DNA from: Sedimentisphaerales bacterium
Lineage (GTDB): Bacteria; Planctomycetota; Phycisphaerae; Sedimentisphaerales; Anaerobacaceae
Length of the DNA stretch: 64,000 bases
Reading direction: 5' to 3'
Assembly: GCA_963708075.1 (NCBI GenBank)
Contig: OY970194.1
Coordinates: 7,328,001 to 7,392,000 of the forward strand
Translations under genes and position numbers: made by a program
Part shown: one piece after another, positions 1 to 9,744 of the stretch
Layout of the letters: every line of letters begins with the position of its first letter
How positions within the stretch are numbered: position 1 is the stretch's first letter
Notes under the pieces: model-generated
The model's input: the letters and a program-made list of their open reading frames with translations, nothing else
What the model was told of the DNA's origin: nothing
Databases searched by the model: none

Positions 1-2
1 TC

Positions 3-692
3 GTGATGAACTCGAACAAGTCCGTCACGGCCAATTTCGCCCCTGTGCCCAGCACGACGTACACACTTACCGTCAGTGCCACCAATGGCACAGTGACCAG
101 AACGCCCAATCAGAGCAGTTACACCTCGGGCACGTCGGTGTCCTTGCAGGCGACGCCGAACAGCGGCTACACGTTCACCGGCTGGTCGGGCGACTTGACC
201 GGCACGACCAACCCGGCGACGCTCGTGATGAACTCGAACAAGTCCCTCACGGCCAACTTCGCCCCTGTGCCTGTTACGTATACCCTGTCGATCAGTGCCA
301 CCAATGGCACGGTGACCAGAACGCCAAGCAAGACCGGCTACACCTCCGGCGAAACAGTCGCCCTGCAAGCGACGCCGAACAGCGGCTACGTATTCACCGG
401 CTGGTCGGGCGATCTGACCGGCACGGCCAATCCCGTGACGCTCGTGATGAATTCGAACAAATCCGTCACTGCCAATTTCGCCGCGGTCACATATACGCTC
501 ACCGTCAGTGTCACCAACGGCTCAGTGACCAGGACGCCGAACAAGACCAGCTACAGCTCCGGTGAAACGGTCACCTTGCAAGCGACGCCCAATAGTGGCT
601 ACGTGTTCACCGGCTGGTCGGGCGATCTGACCGGCACGGCCAATCCCACGACGTTAGTGATGAATTCCAACAAGTCCGTGGCGGCCAACTTT
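3..692 (+). repeat. Intragenic tandem repeats, three full units plus one partial, 213-222 bp each
   Basis: A GTGATGAAYTCSAACAA motif recurs at 3, 225, 444 and 657. Confidence 0.9.
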
Positions 693-2870
693 GCCTCCAG
701 CGGTGGGACCACCTATTACGTGGACCCAGCCGGCAATGACTCCAACAACGGGCGAAGTACCTCGGCAGCCTGGAAGACGATTGCCAAGGTCAACTCCTAT
801 ACCGGCTTCGTCCCCGGCGACCGCATTCTGCTCAAGCGAGGCCAGACCTGGCGTGAGCAGTTGATCGTGCCGAGAAGCGGCACGGCGGGCAGCCCGATTG
901 TCATCGGCGCCTATGGCACGGGCAATCGGCCCATGCTCAAAGGCTCCGCGTCAGTGACCAACTGGGTCGGTGCGGGAAGCACCATCGTCTGGCGAGCTCC
1001 GCTGAGTGCCTTGCCCGATCAGGTGTTCTTCAACGGCGTTCGCGGCACCAAAGAGACGGCCGCCACCAATGTGGACCGGCCTCGCGAATGGGCCTGGTAC
1101 TCGGGCAACCTGTACACATACGCCGCATCCGATCCGGACAGCGCGTACACGAGCCCCGGAGTTGAGGCGTCGGCGGTACCGGCGGCGCGGGGCAATGGTC
1201 TGATCCAGATTCAAGATCGTGAGTACGTGACCGTGGAGAGCATCGCGGTCTCCCAATCCTACGGCTACGGCATCCACATCAAGCCATCGGGCCGGTACAT
1301 CACGATCAGGGATTGCGATGTCAGCTACTCCATCGACGGCGGCATTGTCGCGCCAATAGGAAGCACCGCCTTGGCGCAGATTCTCATCGAGAACTGCCTG
1401 GTGCACCACAACAACACCGGCATCCAGGAAGGCACCGCCGGCAGCACCACATGGTACGAAGCACTCACCCTGGGATACGTAGACGGGTTTACCATTCGGG
1501 GCTGCCTGGTCTATGACAACTTCGTCAAGGGGGTGGGCCTCAAGCGTGGGGCCGCCAACGGCATGGTGGAGAACTGCCTGTTGTACTCCAACGATGCGAC
1601 GAACGTCTTCCTCGATGGAGCTTCGAACGTTCAGATCCGCTACAACAAGATCTACGACTCCACCAATGACGCAGGCATCGAGTTCGGCCTCGAAACCAGC
1701 ACGTACCACAATGACAACATCCGCGTCTATGACAATCTGTTCTGGGGCAACTCCGCGGCCGTTTCGTTCGATGCCGCTACTGGAGTGACCGCCCAGACGC
1801 GGAATCTCAGCTTCTATAACAACACATTCTATAGCAATCGGTATGGGTTCCGCTGGAAGAGCGGCGCTACCGACAACTACAGCGGCGCGAACAACATCAA
1901 GAACAATGTGCTCTGGCAGGCCGGCACGTCGAACTACGCCATTCGCGACGAGACCACCGGGCGCCAGGGGATTGGCCGAAGTGCCATTGCGTACAATGCG
2001 TTCCAGCAGGGTTCTGCGACCGACACCACCGGCACGAACGCCAGGGTGGTCACGAATCCCTATTTCGTGAACCCAGGCGCCCGAGACTTCCATCTCAGTA
2101 GCAACTCCCCTTGCATCAACGCCGGAACGAACGTCGGCCTTACTCGCGACTTCGACGGCAAGCTGGTCCCGCAGGGCAGTGCTCCGGATATCGGCGCATT
2201 CGAGTATGGCACGACCATGGCGTCTTTGAGTGAGCCCTTGGCGCAGGCCCTTGAGGCCGAAACGCCGGAACTTGCCGTGGCGTCGAGTGACGATCTGATG
2301 GAAATGCCGGCCCAGGCAGACGATGCAAACACCGCCCCGGCACCGCCGCAGCCTCCCGCTGCAACCTACGTCAGCGATGGCGTGGGCAACACGTGGATCG
2401 TTTGGCAGGCAGGTGATGCCGGACGCCAGCAGATCTACGTCTCTCGCGTCTCGAACGGCGTTGAAATCTCCGACGACACGGTTCAAATCAGCCGCGGCGA
2501 CGGCGAGCATGGCCATCCGGCCATTGCTATCGACGGCGCTGGGGTCCTCTACGTCGTCTGGGAAGAGAGCGTACGCGGCAAGTGGGACGTGTGTGTGGCG
2601 GTCTCGCCCGACGGGAACACATGGTCAATGCCAAAGCTGGTTATGGATTCCAACTCCAACCAGCGGAATCCCGCGATCGACGCCGGCGATCAGCCGGATG
2701 ATCCGGTCACGATTGCCTGGCAGGACGACGACGCAGGAACGCAGGACGTCTATATGGCGACGTCGACCGACGCGTTCCTCCACGTCGAAATCTCCGTAAT
2801 TCCCTCTGCGGAGGCCGATCCGGCGACCGACGTGACCGACAAGCCGACCGGCTCGTCCAAGAAGAAGTAG
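3..2870 (+). CDS. Surface/secreted protein, 5'-truncated: tandem InlB-B/Listeria-Bacteroides-type repeats, right-handed beta-helix, C-terminal BNR/propeller-like region
   Basis: ORF is open from the window edge. It has ~72-aa repeats (TYTL..ATPNSGY.FTGWSGDL..VMNSNKS.TANF), a TYYVDPAGNDSN beta-helix entry, and a DFHL..SPCINAG..PDIGAFE cap. Confidence 0.8.
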   Translation: MMNSNKSVTANFAPVPSTTYTLTVSATNGTVTRTPNQSSYTSGTSVSLQATPNSGYTFTGWSGDLTGTTNPATLVMNSNKSLTANFAPVPVTYTLSISATNGTVTRTPSKTGYTSGETVALQATPNSGYVFTGWSGDLTGTANPVTLVMNSNKSVTANFAAVTYTLTVSVTNGSVTRTPNKTSYSSGETVTLQATPNSGYVFTGWSGDLTGTANPTTLVMNSNKSVAANFASSGGTTYYVDPAGNDSNNGRSTSAAWKTIAKVNSYTGFVPGDRILLKRGQTWREQLIVPRSGTAGSPIVIGAYGTGNRPMLKGSASVTNWVGAGSTIVWRAPLSALPDQVFFNGVRGTKETAATNVDRPREWAWYSGNLYTYAASDPDSAYTSPGVEASAVPAARGNGLIQIQDREYVTVESIAVSQSYGYGIHIKPSGRYITIRDCDVSYSIDGGIVAPIGSTALAQILIENCLVHHNNTGIQEGTAGSTTWYEALTLGYVDGFTIRGCLVYDNFVKGVGLKRGAANGMVENCLLYSNDATNVFLDGASNVQIRYNKIYDSTNDAGIEFGLETSTYHNDNIRVYDNLFWGNSAAVSFDAATGVTAQTRNLSFYNNTFYSNRYGFRWKSGATDNYSGANNIKNNVLWQAGTSNYAIRDETTGRQGIGRSAIAYNAFQQGSATDTTGTNARVVTNPYFVNPGARDFHLSSNSPCINAGTNVGLTRDFDGKLVPQGSAPDIGAFEYGTTMASLSEPLAQALEAETPELAVASSDDLMEMPAQADDANTAPAPPQPPAATYVSDGVGNTWIVWQAGDAGRQQIYVSRVSNGVEISDDTVQISRGDGEHGHPAIAIDGAGVLYVVWEESVRGKWDVCVAVSPDGNTWSMPKLVMDSNSNQRNPAIDAGDQPDDPVTIAWQDDDAGTQDVYMATSTDAFLHVEISVIPSAEADPATDVTDKPTGSSKKK

Positions 2871-2900
2871 CGTTATCACATATCCTGGCTCTTACACATC

Positions 2901-2943
2901 CGGGGCGTCGTGCAAATCTATCGCACGACGCCCCGATTTTTTT
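2901..2943 (+). terminator. Intrinsic terminator
   Basis: Perfect 13-bp stem CGGGGCGTCGTGC/GCACGACGCCCCG followed by ATTTTTTT. Confidence 0.85.
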
Positions 2944-3037
2944 GCAGACCTTCCCCAGCATGCCTGTCTCTCCCTTTTCTGCTGCAGTCCTTGTTTTTTC
3001 GTTGATTGCAGGGCTGAGTTGGTCTAATACCACGTGC

Positions 3038-3778
3038 ATGGGACGACTGGTAATATTGTCGGGGCCGTCGTGTGTGGGGAAGGGGCCGCTTCGGGCGGCG
3101 CTGGCGAAGTTCTACCCACAGGTGGCGGGCAGACTTGCGAAGATTGTGCTCTACGATAGCCGGGCTCCTCGGCCGGGGGAGGTGGACGGGGTGGATTATC
3201 ACTTCCGCAGCCGGGAATACATCGAGGGGCTTCGCGGGCGGGAGGGATTCGCCGTCTTTGAGGTTCGCGGGGACCTGCAGGCACTGAACAGCCGCGAGCT
3301 GGAACGAAAGCTGGGGGCCTCGGATGTGCTCTTTGAAGGCAACCCTTTCATTGGCTCCGGGCTTCTTGACTTTGTCCGCGAGCATGGCATTTCGGCATTG
3401 AGCATCTTTCTCTCACCGCTATCGTGTGAAGAAGTCCTGGAATTCAACGCGGGCGAGCGGACCGTTTCCCTGTCGGATTTGTTGACGGACATGATGCGCC
3501 GAAAGCTCCTGCGGCGCACCGCTCGGCAAAAGGGCAACATGTCGCTTAAGGACTTGGAGAACATCGAAATCCGAGCCGCCGGCGCGTACGGCGAACTCCA
3601 GCAGGCGTGGCGGTTCGACCACGTGATCCCCAATCATGATGGCGAGGACAGCGACAACTGGGATGCGTTCTATTACCCCGTCGGCGACGCCCGCAAGGCG
3701 TTATTGGCATTCGCACCCCTGCTCGAAGGCAAGCCGGCTCCGCACGCCGAAAGATGGGAGCCGGACTTGGTCCCGTGA
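3038..3778 (+). CDS. Guanylate kinase-like P-loop protein
   Basis: LVILSGPSCVGKG P-loop and RAPRPGEVDGVDYHF motif; start placed at ATG 3038. Confidence 0.75.
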   Translation: MGRLVILSGPSCVGKGPLRAALAKFYPQVAGRLAKIVLYDSRAPRPGEVDGVDYHFRSREYIEGLRGREGFAVFEVRGDLQALNSRELERKLGASDVLFEGNPFIGSGLLDFVREHGISALSIFLSPLSCEEVLEFNAGERTVSLSDLLTDMMRRKLLRRTARQKGNMSLKDLENIEIRAAGAYGELQQAWRFDHVIPNHDGEDSDNWDAFYYPVGDARKALLAFAPLLEGKPAPHAERWEPDLVP

Positions 3779-4070
3779 CCTGCTCGGCACACGCGTGATC
3801 CGATGAGGATTACGCTCACACCAGGGCGCGTCCAAGACCGTATTTGGAGAAGCAGCATATTCTCCGGGCGGCAGCGGCAAGTCGTTCGGCCTCGCCGCCA
3901 CTTATCGCGGAAATGACATGGCAGTGGATTCAGCCATGCTCTCATGCCAGAGGCTCTAAGGGATTCCCTTCTTCCTTTGTGGGCAAGCCTGCGTTGATAA
4001 TGGTACTGCGGTCGCCCGCGATCGGTGATATTGTGCTGACAAATGTGCAAGAACCCGGGTCGGCGTTGGA

Positions 4071-6596
4071 ATGAGTTCTGAGAGCTGCAACTTCTGGGAT
4101 ATACCTGCTGAAGCAATGCTTGTCCGGCTTCACACGTCGAGGAAGGGCCTGACGAGTGAGGATGTCAAGCGGCGGGCGGAAACGTATGAGAAGGACCGCT
4201 TGGCGCGTTTACGTGGTTTCAGCCGAGTGTGGATTTTGCTGTCCCAGTACAAGAGCCCGATCATTCTTATCCTTATCTTCGCCTCGATTCTGTCTCTGAT
4301 GCTGCGTGATCTTACGGATGCAGTGATCATCCTGGCGATCATCCTGGTGAGCGGACTGCTGGGTTTCCGGCAGGAAGTGCGTGCGGCCGATGCGGTGCGA
4401 AAGCTGCTGGATCTGGTGAAGGTCAAGTCGACGGTGCTTCGGGACGGCCAGAAGGTGGAAATCCCCAGCGAGCAGGTTGTTCCAGGCGACATCGTGATCC
4501 TTACGGCGGGGGCGAGCGTGCCCGCCGACTGTCTGCTGCTCGACGCCAAAGACGTGTACGTCAGCGAGGCGTCGTTGACCGGCGAGAGCTACCTCGTGGA
4601 GAAGGCCACAGGCACTGTGCCCAGAGAGACCCCTCTGGCCCAGCGCCACAACAGCGTATTCATGGGCACACACATCATCAGCGGGATCGCTATGGCCGTG
4701 GCGGTCTGCACCGGCCGCAGCACGGAGTTCGGCAGGGTTTCGCAGAGGCTCAGGACCAGGCCACCCGAGACCGAGTTCGAACGAGGCCTGAGACATTTCG
4801 GGTACTTCCTCATGGAGGTGACGTTTCTACTCGTGGCCGCTATTTTCGTGGTGAACACGTACTATGACCGTCCGGTGCTGGAGGCGCTCTTGTTCTCGCT
4901 GGCCCTGGCCGTCGGACTGACGCCACAGCTCTTGCCGGCTGTCGTCAGCGTCAATCTCGCGCACGGCACGCGGGAGATGGCTACGCAGGACGTCATCGTC
5001 AAACGCCTGTCTTCCATCGAGAACTTCGGCAGCATGAATCTGCTGTGCTCGGATAAGACCGGGACCCTCACGCAGGGCCGAATCCACCTGGACCGTGCAA
5101 TCGATGCGAGCGGGCGGCCCAGCGACAAGACATTGCTCTATGCGTGCCTGAATGCATCATTCGAAAGCGGTTTCGTCAATCCGATCGACGAGGCGATCCG
5201 GGAGGCCCGGAAATGCGATGTCGCCGCGTATGCGAAGCTGGACGAGGTGCCATATGATTTCATTCGCAAACGGCTGAGCATTCTCGTCGCAACGGGCGAT
5301 CGGAATATCCTGATTTCCAAAGGATCCGTGCCGAACATTCTTCGGATCTGTTCCGGGGTCGAGTCCGCCGACGGCGCGGTTGCAGAAATCACAAGAGGCA
5401 TCGAGACGCAGGTCATACGGTTGTCGGATGACGCAGCTCGCGATGGTTTCCGCGCCATCGCCGTAGCGTACAGAGATCTCGGGACCGGCACACGGATCGC
5501 GAGAGAGGATGAAACAGACCTGACGTTGCTCGGCATCATAACATTCTCCGACTCACCAAAGGAGGATGTGGCCGAGACCATTGCTGAGTTGAAGCGACTG
5601 GGAGTATCCCTGAAGGTCATCACGGGTGACAGCAGGCACGTGGCGGCCCACGTATGCGGTCAACTGGGAATTGACGGGCGGGCGATCCTTACCGGCGAAG
5701 AGCTGCGATTCACCGGCGACGAGGCCCTGGTGCGCAAGGTCGAGCATGTGAACGTATTCGCGGAGGTCGAGCCGAACCAGAAGGAGCGGATTGTGCTGGC
5801 GCTGAGGAAGGCGGGCAACGTGGTCGGCTTCTTAGGCGATGGGATCAACGATGCCTCCGCGCTGCACGCCGCAGATGTGGGTATCTCCGTCGATGAGGCG
5901 GTCGACGTGGCCAAAGAGGCGGCCGATATCGTGCTGCTCAAGAAGGACCTGCGGGTCCTGCTCAACGGCGTCAAAACGGGCAGAAAGACCTTTGCCAACA
6001 CCCTGAAGTACGTGTTCATGGCTACGAGCGCCAACTTCGGCAACATGTTCAGCGTGGCGGGCGCGTCGCTGTTCCTGCCCTTCCTGCCGATGCTTCCGAA
6101 GCAAATTCTGCTGACGAACCTGCTGACGGATCTTCCAGAGATGTCGATTGCGGGCGACCGGGTCGATCCGGAGTTTGTCGAACGGCCGCACCGTTGGGAC
6201 CTCGGCTTTATCCGGAAGTTCATGGTCGTGTTCGGCGTGTTGAGCTCTGTGTTCGATTACCTGACCTTCGGCACGCTGCTGCTGATTCTGCATGCCGACG
6301 CGGCGCACCTGCGAACGGGCTGGTTTCTGGAGTCGGTCATCTCAGCGACACTGATCGTCCTGGTTATCCGGACGCGCCACCCGTTTTTCCGGAGCCGGCC
6401 CGGGCGGTACCTGTCGATTGCGACGGTCGTGACTATAGCCGTTGCCCTGTGGCTGCCGTTCAGTCCCATGGCCGGGCTGTTTGGCTTTGTGCCGCTGTCC
6501 GGCGTATTCCTGGGATTCCTCGGAGCGATTGTGGTACTTTACGCGGCCGCCGCCGAGCTGGCCAAGCACTTCTTCTATCGCAGGATCGCTCTCTGA
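4071..6596 (+). CDS. mgtA: Magnesium-translocating P-type ATPase
   Basis: LTGES, AVGLTP, CSDKTGTLT and GDGINDA motifs; the C-terminal SANFGNMFS..FLPFLPM segment is typical of the MgtA/MgtB subfamily. Confidence 0.88.
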   Translation: MSSESCNFWDIPAEAMLVRLHTSRKGLTSEDVKRRAETYEKDRLARLRGFSRVWILLSQYKSPIILILIFASILSLMLRDLTDAVIILAIILVSGLLGFRQEVRAADAVRKLLDLVKVKSTVLRDGQKVEIPSEQVVPGDIVILTAGASVPADCLLLDAKDVYVSEASLTGESYLVEKATGTVPRETPLAQRHNSVFMGTHIISGIAMAVAVCTGRSTEFGRVSQRLRTRPPETEFERGLRHFGYFLMEVTFLLVAAIFVVNTYYDRPVLEALLFSLALAVGLTPQLLPAVVSVNLAHGTREMATQDVIVKRLSSIENFGSMNLLCSDKTGTLTQGRIHLDRAIDASGRPSDKTLLYACLNASFESGFVNPIDEAIREARKCDVAAYAKLDEVPYDFIRKRLSILVATGDRNILISKGSVPNILRICSGVESADGAVAEITRGIETQVIRLSDDAARDGFRAIAVAYRDLGTGTRIAREDETDLTLLGIITFSDSPKEDVAETIAELKRLGVSLKVITGDSRHVAAHVCGQLGIDGRAILTGEELRFTGDEALVRKVEHVNVFAEVEPNQKERIVLALRKAGNVVGFLGDGINDASALHAADVGISVDEAVDVAKEAADIVLLKKDLRVLLNGVKTGRKTFANTLKYVFMATSANFGNMFSVAGASLFLPFLPMLPKQILLTNLLTDLPEMSIAGDRVDPEFVERPHRWDLGFIRKFMVVFGVLSSVFDYLTFGTLLLILHADAAHLRTGWFLESVISATLIVLVIRTRHPFFRSRPGRYLSIATVVTIAVALWLPFSPMAGLFGFVPLSGVFLGFLGAIVVLYAAAAELAKHFFYRRIAL

Positions 6597-6621
6597 GAGC
6601 CATGCTGACGCGAGCGATGTC

Positions 6622-7287
6622 TCAGTAGCGTGATACGTTCATCTCGCCGGGGGTGCCGGTGACGAGGTAGACGACGCTCTCGGCGATGTTCGTCGCTCGG
6701 TCGGCGATTCGCTCGACGTTGTGAGAGGCCCAGATCAGGTACGTCGCCCGCGTGATGACCGAGGGGTTCTCGATCATCCGCGACAGCAGGTCGTGATAGG
6801 CCTGGTCATAGAGCACATCGACGGCGTCATCCTCGGCGCAGATCTCGCGGGCCAGCTTGGCGTCGCGTTTGATGAAGGCATCGAGGCTCCTGCGGAGCAT
6901 GCTGACGGCTTTCTCCGCCATCTGCGGGATGTAGACCAGCGGCCTGATCAACGGCTGATCGCCATGCAAGAGAACGATCTTGCCGATGCCCTCGGCGTAG
7001 TCGCCGATCCGCTCCAGGTCCCGAACAATGCTCAGGACCGCGATGATCTCGCGCAGGTCGGACGCCACCGGCTGCTGCGTCGCGATCAGGTCCACGCATT
7101 TGTCCTCCAGGGCCCATCGTCTCTTGTTGACCTGGGCGTCATTGTCAACGACCCGCTTGGCCTCTTTGGCGTCGAGGTTCTTCAACGCCTCGACCGAGCG
7201 GTTGATCGCCGTGATCACCATCTCGCCCAATTGCAGGACATCTTGTTCGAGCTCTTTGATCCGTTTATGGAAACCTTCTCTTGTCAT
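6622..7287 (-). CDS. phoU: Phosphate signalling protein PhoU
   Basis: QQPVASDLR, DLERIGD and ERIADRATNIAE motifs; last gene of the pst operon. Start placed at MTREG after a GGAG RBS. Confidence 0.93.
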   Translation of the reverse strand: MTREGFHKRIKELEQDVLQLGEMVITAINRSVEALKNLDAKEAKRVVDNDAQVNKRRWALEDKCVDLIATQQPVASDLREIIAVLSIVRDLERIGDYAEGIGKIVLLHGDQPLIRPLVYIPQMAEKAVSMLRRSLDAFIKRDAKLAREICAEDDAVDVLYDQAYHDLLSRMIENPSVITRATYLIWASHNVERIADRATNIAESVVYLVTGTPGEMNVSRY

Positions 7288-7300
7288 GGCTGACTCCATT

Positions 7301-7379
7301 GATTATGGATGATTGATTATTGATTATTGGCCTGTCTGTCCTCCATCGCCAATCAACCATAATCTACCATCAGTGATCC
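7301..7379. repeat. Heptamer-repeat imperfect hairpin in the pstB-phoU spacer
   Basis: GATTATG GATGATT GATTATT GATTATT followed later by AATCAAC CATAATC TACCATC. Confidence 0.7.
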
Positions 7380-7380
7380 A

Positions 7381-8145
7381 TTACCCAAAGGATCCTTTAA
7401 TGTAATCTTCGGTCAGTTGCTCGGCGGGGTTCGTGAAAATTTTGTCCGTGTTGGCGAACTCGATGAGCTTACCGAGGTACATGAAGCCCGTGAAATCGGA
7501 GACGCGGGCGGCCTGCTGCATGTTATGCGTCACGATGATCAGGGTGTAGTCCCGCCGCAGCACGCGAAGCAACTCCTCGATCCGCAGCGTCGCGATGGGG
7601 TCGAGGGCCGAACAAGGCTCATCGAGCAGGATAATATCGGGCCTGAGGATCAGCACGCGGGCGATGCACAGCCGCTGCTGCTGCTCCAGGGTCAGTGAAT
7701 GGGCGTTCTTCCTGAGCTTGTCCTTAAGGTCGTCCCAGAGGCCGACGTGTTCGAGGCCTTCCTGGATCGTCTGCATGATCTCGTCCTTGCGGCTGAGCAT
7801 GTCGTGGATGCGCAGGCCGAATTTCAAGTTGTTGTAGATCGACAGGGAGAAGGGGTTGGGCCGTTGGAAGACCATGCCGACTTTGCGGCGCAGGGCGATC
7901 AGGTCGGTCTCCGGCGCGAGGATATTCTCGGCGTCGATGACGATCCGGCCCTCCACACGTGTGTTCTCGACCAGGTCATTCATCCGGTTGAAGCACCGCA
8001 ACAGGGTGGACTTGCCGCAGCCGGAAGGGCCGATGATCGCCGTGACATTCCTGGCGGGGATCTTGATGTTCACGTCGGTCAGTGCCCGGAAGCTGCCGTA
8101 GTACAGGTTCAGATTGTCCGTCGCTATTTTCGTTTCGCGTTCCAT
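7381..8145 (-). CDS. pstB: Phosphate ABC transporter ATP-binding protein (copy 2)
   Basis: GPSGCGKST, GMVFQRPNPF, LLDEPCSALDP and VTHNMQQAAR motifs; the signature is degenerate (LTLEQQQR). Confidence 0.9.
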   Translation of the reverse strand: MERETKIATDNLNLYYGSFRALTDVNIKIPARNVTAIIGPSGCGKSTLLRCFNRMNDLVENTRVEGRIVIDAENILAPETDLIALRRKVGMVFQRPNPFSLSIYNNLKFGLRIHDMLSRKDEIMQTIQEGLEHVGLWDDLKDKLRKNAHSLTLEQQQRLCIARVLILRPDIILLDEPCSALDPIATLRIEELLRVLRRDYTLIIVTHNMQQAARVSDFTGFMYLGKLIEFANTDKIFTNPAEQLTEDYIKGSFG

Positions 8146-8146
8146 A

Positions 8147-8902
8147 TTATCCGAATCTGCCGGTGATATAGTCGTCTGTGCGTTTATCCTTTGGGATGGT
8201 GAACAGGTCGTGCGTCGGGCCGATCTCGACCAATTCACCCATCAGGAAGAACGCGCATCGCTCGCTGACGCGGGATGCCTGCTTGGTGTTGTTCGTCACG
8301 AGGATCTGCGTGTAATCGCGTTTTAACTGCTGCATGGCATCCTCGACTTTGGCCGTGGAGATGGGATCGAGGCCGGAGCAGGGCTCATCGTACAGGATGA
8401 CCTCGGGCCCAACGGCCAGTGTCCTGGCGATGCACAGGCGCTGCTGCTGGCCGCCGGAGAGGCGCACCGCCGGCTCTTGCAGGCGGTCCTTGACCTCCTC
8501 CCAGAGATACGCCTTTATCAGGGCCTCCTCGACGATCCGGCTGACGGTCTCCTTGTCGGTCGTGCCGTGGACCTTGGGACCGTAAGCAACGTTCTCGAAG
8601 ATAGTAACCGGCAGGACCTGGGGCAGGGCGAAGATGATGCCGATCTTCTTGCGCAGAAGATTGTCGCTGATCTTGCGGATGTCGCCGCCGCCCAGGAGAA
8701 TCTCGCCGGTCTGCGAGTAGTTCCTGTGGAGGTAGTTGAGCCGATTGAGCGCCCGCAGGAAGGTAGTCTTGCCGCTGTTGGCCGGGCCGATGATCCCGAG
8801 AATCTCGTTGCGCGCGATCTCGATGTTGACATTCTTCAATGCCTGCGCCGAGCCGAAGTAGCAGTTCAGACCGAAGGTTTGGATGACCGGTTCGTTTACC
8901 AT
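8147..8902 (-). CDS. pstB: Phosphate ABC transporter ATP-binding protein (copy 1)
   Basis: GPANSGKTT, LSGGQQQRLCIAR, DEPCSGLDP and C-terminal YITGRFG; the H-loop reads VTNN. Confidence 0.88.
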   Translation of the reverse strand: MVNEPVIQTFGLNCYFGSAQALKNVNIEIARNEILGIIGPANSGKTTFLRALNRLNYLHRNYSQTGEILLGGGDIRKISDNLLRKKIGIIFALPQVLPVTIFENVAYGPKVHGTTDKETVSRIVEEALIKAYLWEEVKDRLQEPAVRLSGGQQQRLCIARTLAVGPEVILYDEPCSGLDPISTAKVEDAMQQLKRDYTQILVTNNTKQASRVSERCAFFLMGELVEIGPTHDLFTIPKDKRTDDYITGRFG

Positions 8903-9744
8903 AACCTCTTTTTTCTATAATGTCCACGCAGGAAGATGCTGACGAGGTTCATCAGGAAGACCAATGCAATCAGCACGAGGGCCGTGGCAAAGCTCAGGCC
9001 GAGCGGGATATTGGGCACCTGGGTCGAGATCACGTACAGGTGATAGGGCAGGGCCATCACCTGGTCGAAGGCGGACCGTGGCAGGCGGGGCAGGTAGAAC
9101 GCGGCGACAGTGAAGAGGATCGGGGCCGTTTCTCCCGCGGCCCGGCTGAGGCTCAGGACCGTGCCGGTGAGGATGCCCGGAATGGCGTACGGCAGTACGC
9201 AGTATCGCACCGTCTGCCATCGCGTGGCCCCCAGCGACAGGCTGATCTCCCGGTACGTGAACGGAACGGACTCCAGTGCTTCCTTGGAGGCCGTGATGAT
9301 CACGGGCAGGCTCATGATCGCCAGCGTCAGCGAGCCGGCGAGGATCGACGTGCCGAAGTGCAACAGCAGGACAAAGACCGTGAAGCCGAACAGGCCGTAT
9401 ACGATCGATGGTATTCCGGAAAGGTTCACCACCGATAGCTTGATCATCCGCGTGAACAGGTTGTCACTGGCGTACTCGACGAGGTAAATGGCTGAGAGCA
9501 CCCCCAACGGCAGCGCGAACACCATCGTGCCGATGACCAGCAGGATCGTGCCGACGATGGCGGGGAAAATGCCGCCGGCCTTCATGCCGTTGCGAGGCAC
9601 CGCCGTGAGGAACTCCCACGAGATCGCCCCTGCGCCATTGATCGCGATGTAGAGGATGACCAGCAGGATCGGTATGACGATCAACAGCGTCACTGCGCCC
9701 AGGATGGAAAACGCCACATTCTGGCGGAGCTTTGCTCCAGTCAT
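8896..9744 (-). CDS. pstA: Phosphate ABC transporter permease PstA
   Basis: GIPSIVYGLFG, SLSLGATRWQT and RAAGETAP motifs. Confidence 0.92.
   Translation of the reverse strand: MTGAKLRQNVAFSILGAVTLLIVIPILLVILYIAINGAGAISWEFLTAVPRNGMKAGGIFPAIVGTILLVIGTMVFALPLGVLSAIYLVEYASDNLFTRMIKLSVVNLSGIPSIVYGLFGFTVFVLLLHFGTSILAGSLTLAIMSLPVIITASKEALESVPFTYREISLSLGATRWQTVRYCVLPYAIPGILTGTVLSLSRAAGETAPILFTVAAFYLPRLPRSAFDQVMALPYHLYVISTQVPNIPLGLSFATALVLIALVFLMNLVSIFLRGHYRKKRLW

Noticed and set aside
3..692. Regularly spaced direct repeats as a possible CRISPR array
   Set aside because: The units are 213-222 bp, in frame and encode protein domains; there are no unique spacers and no cas genes.
3779..4070. Possible Mg2+ riboswitch or MgtL-type leader upstream of mgtA
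   Set aside because: No M-box consensus or convincing Pro-rich leader ORF was recognised by eye; an Rfam scan is needed.
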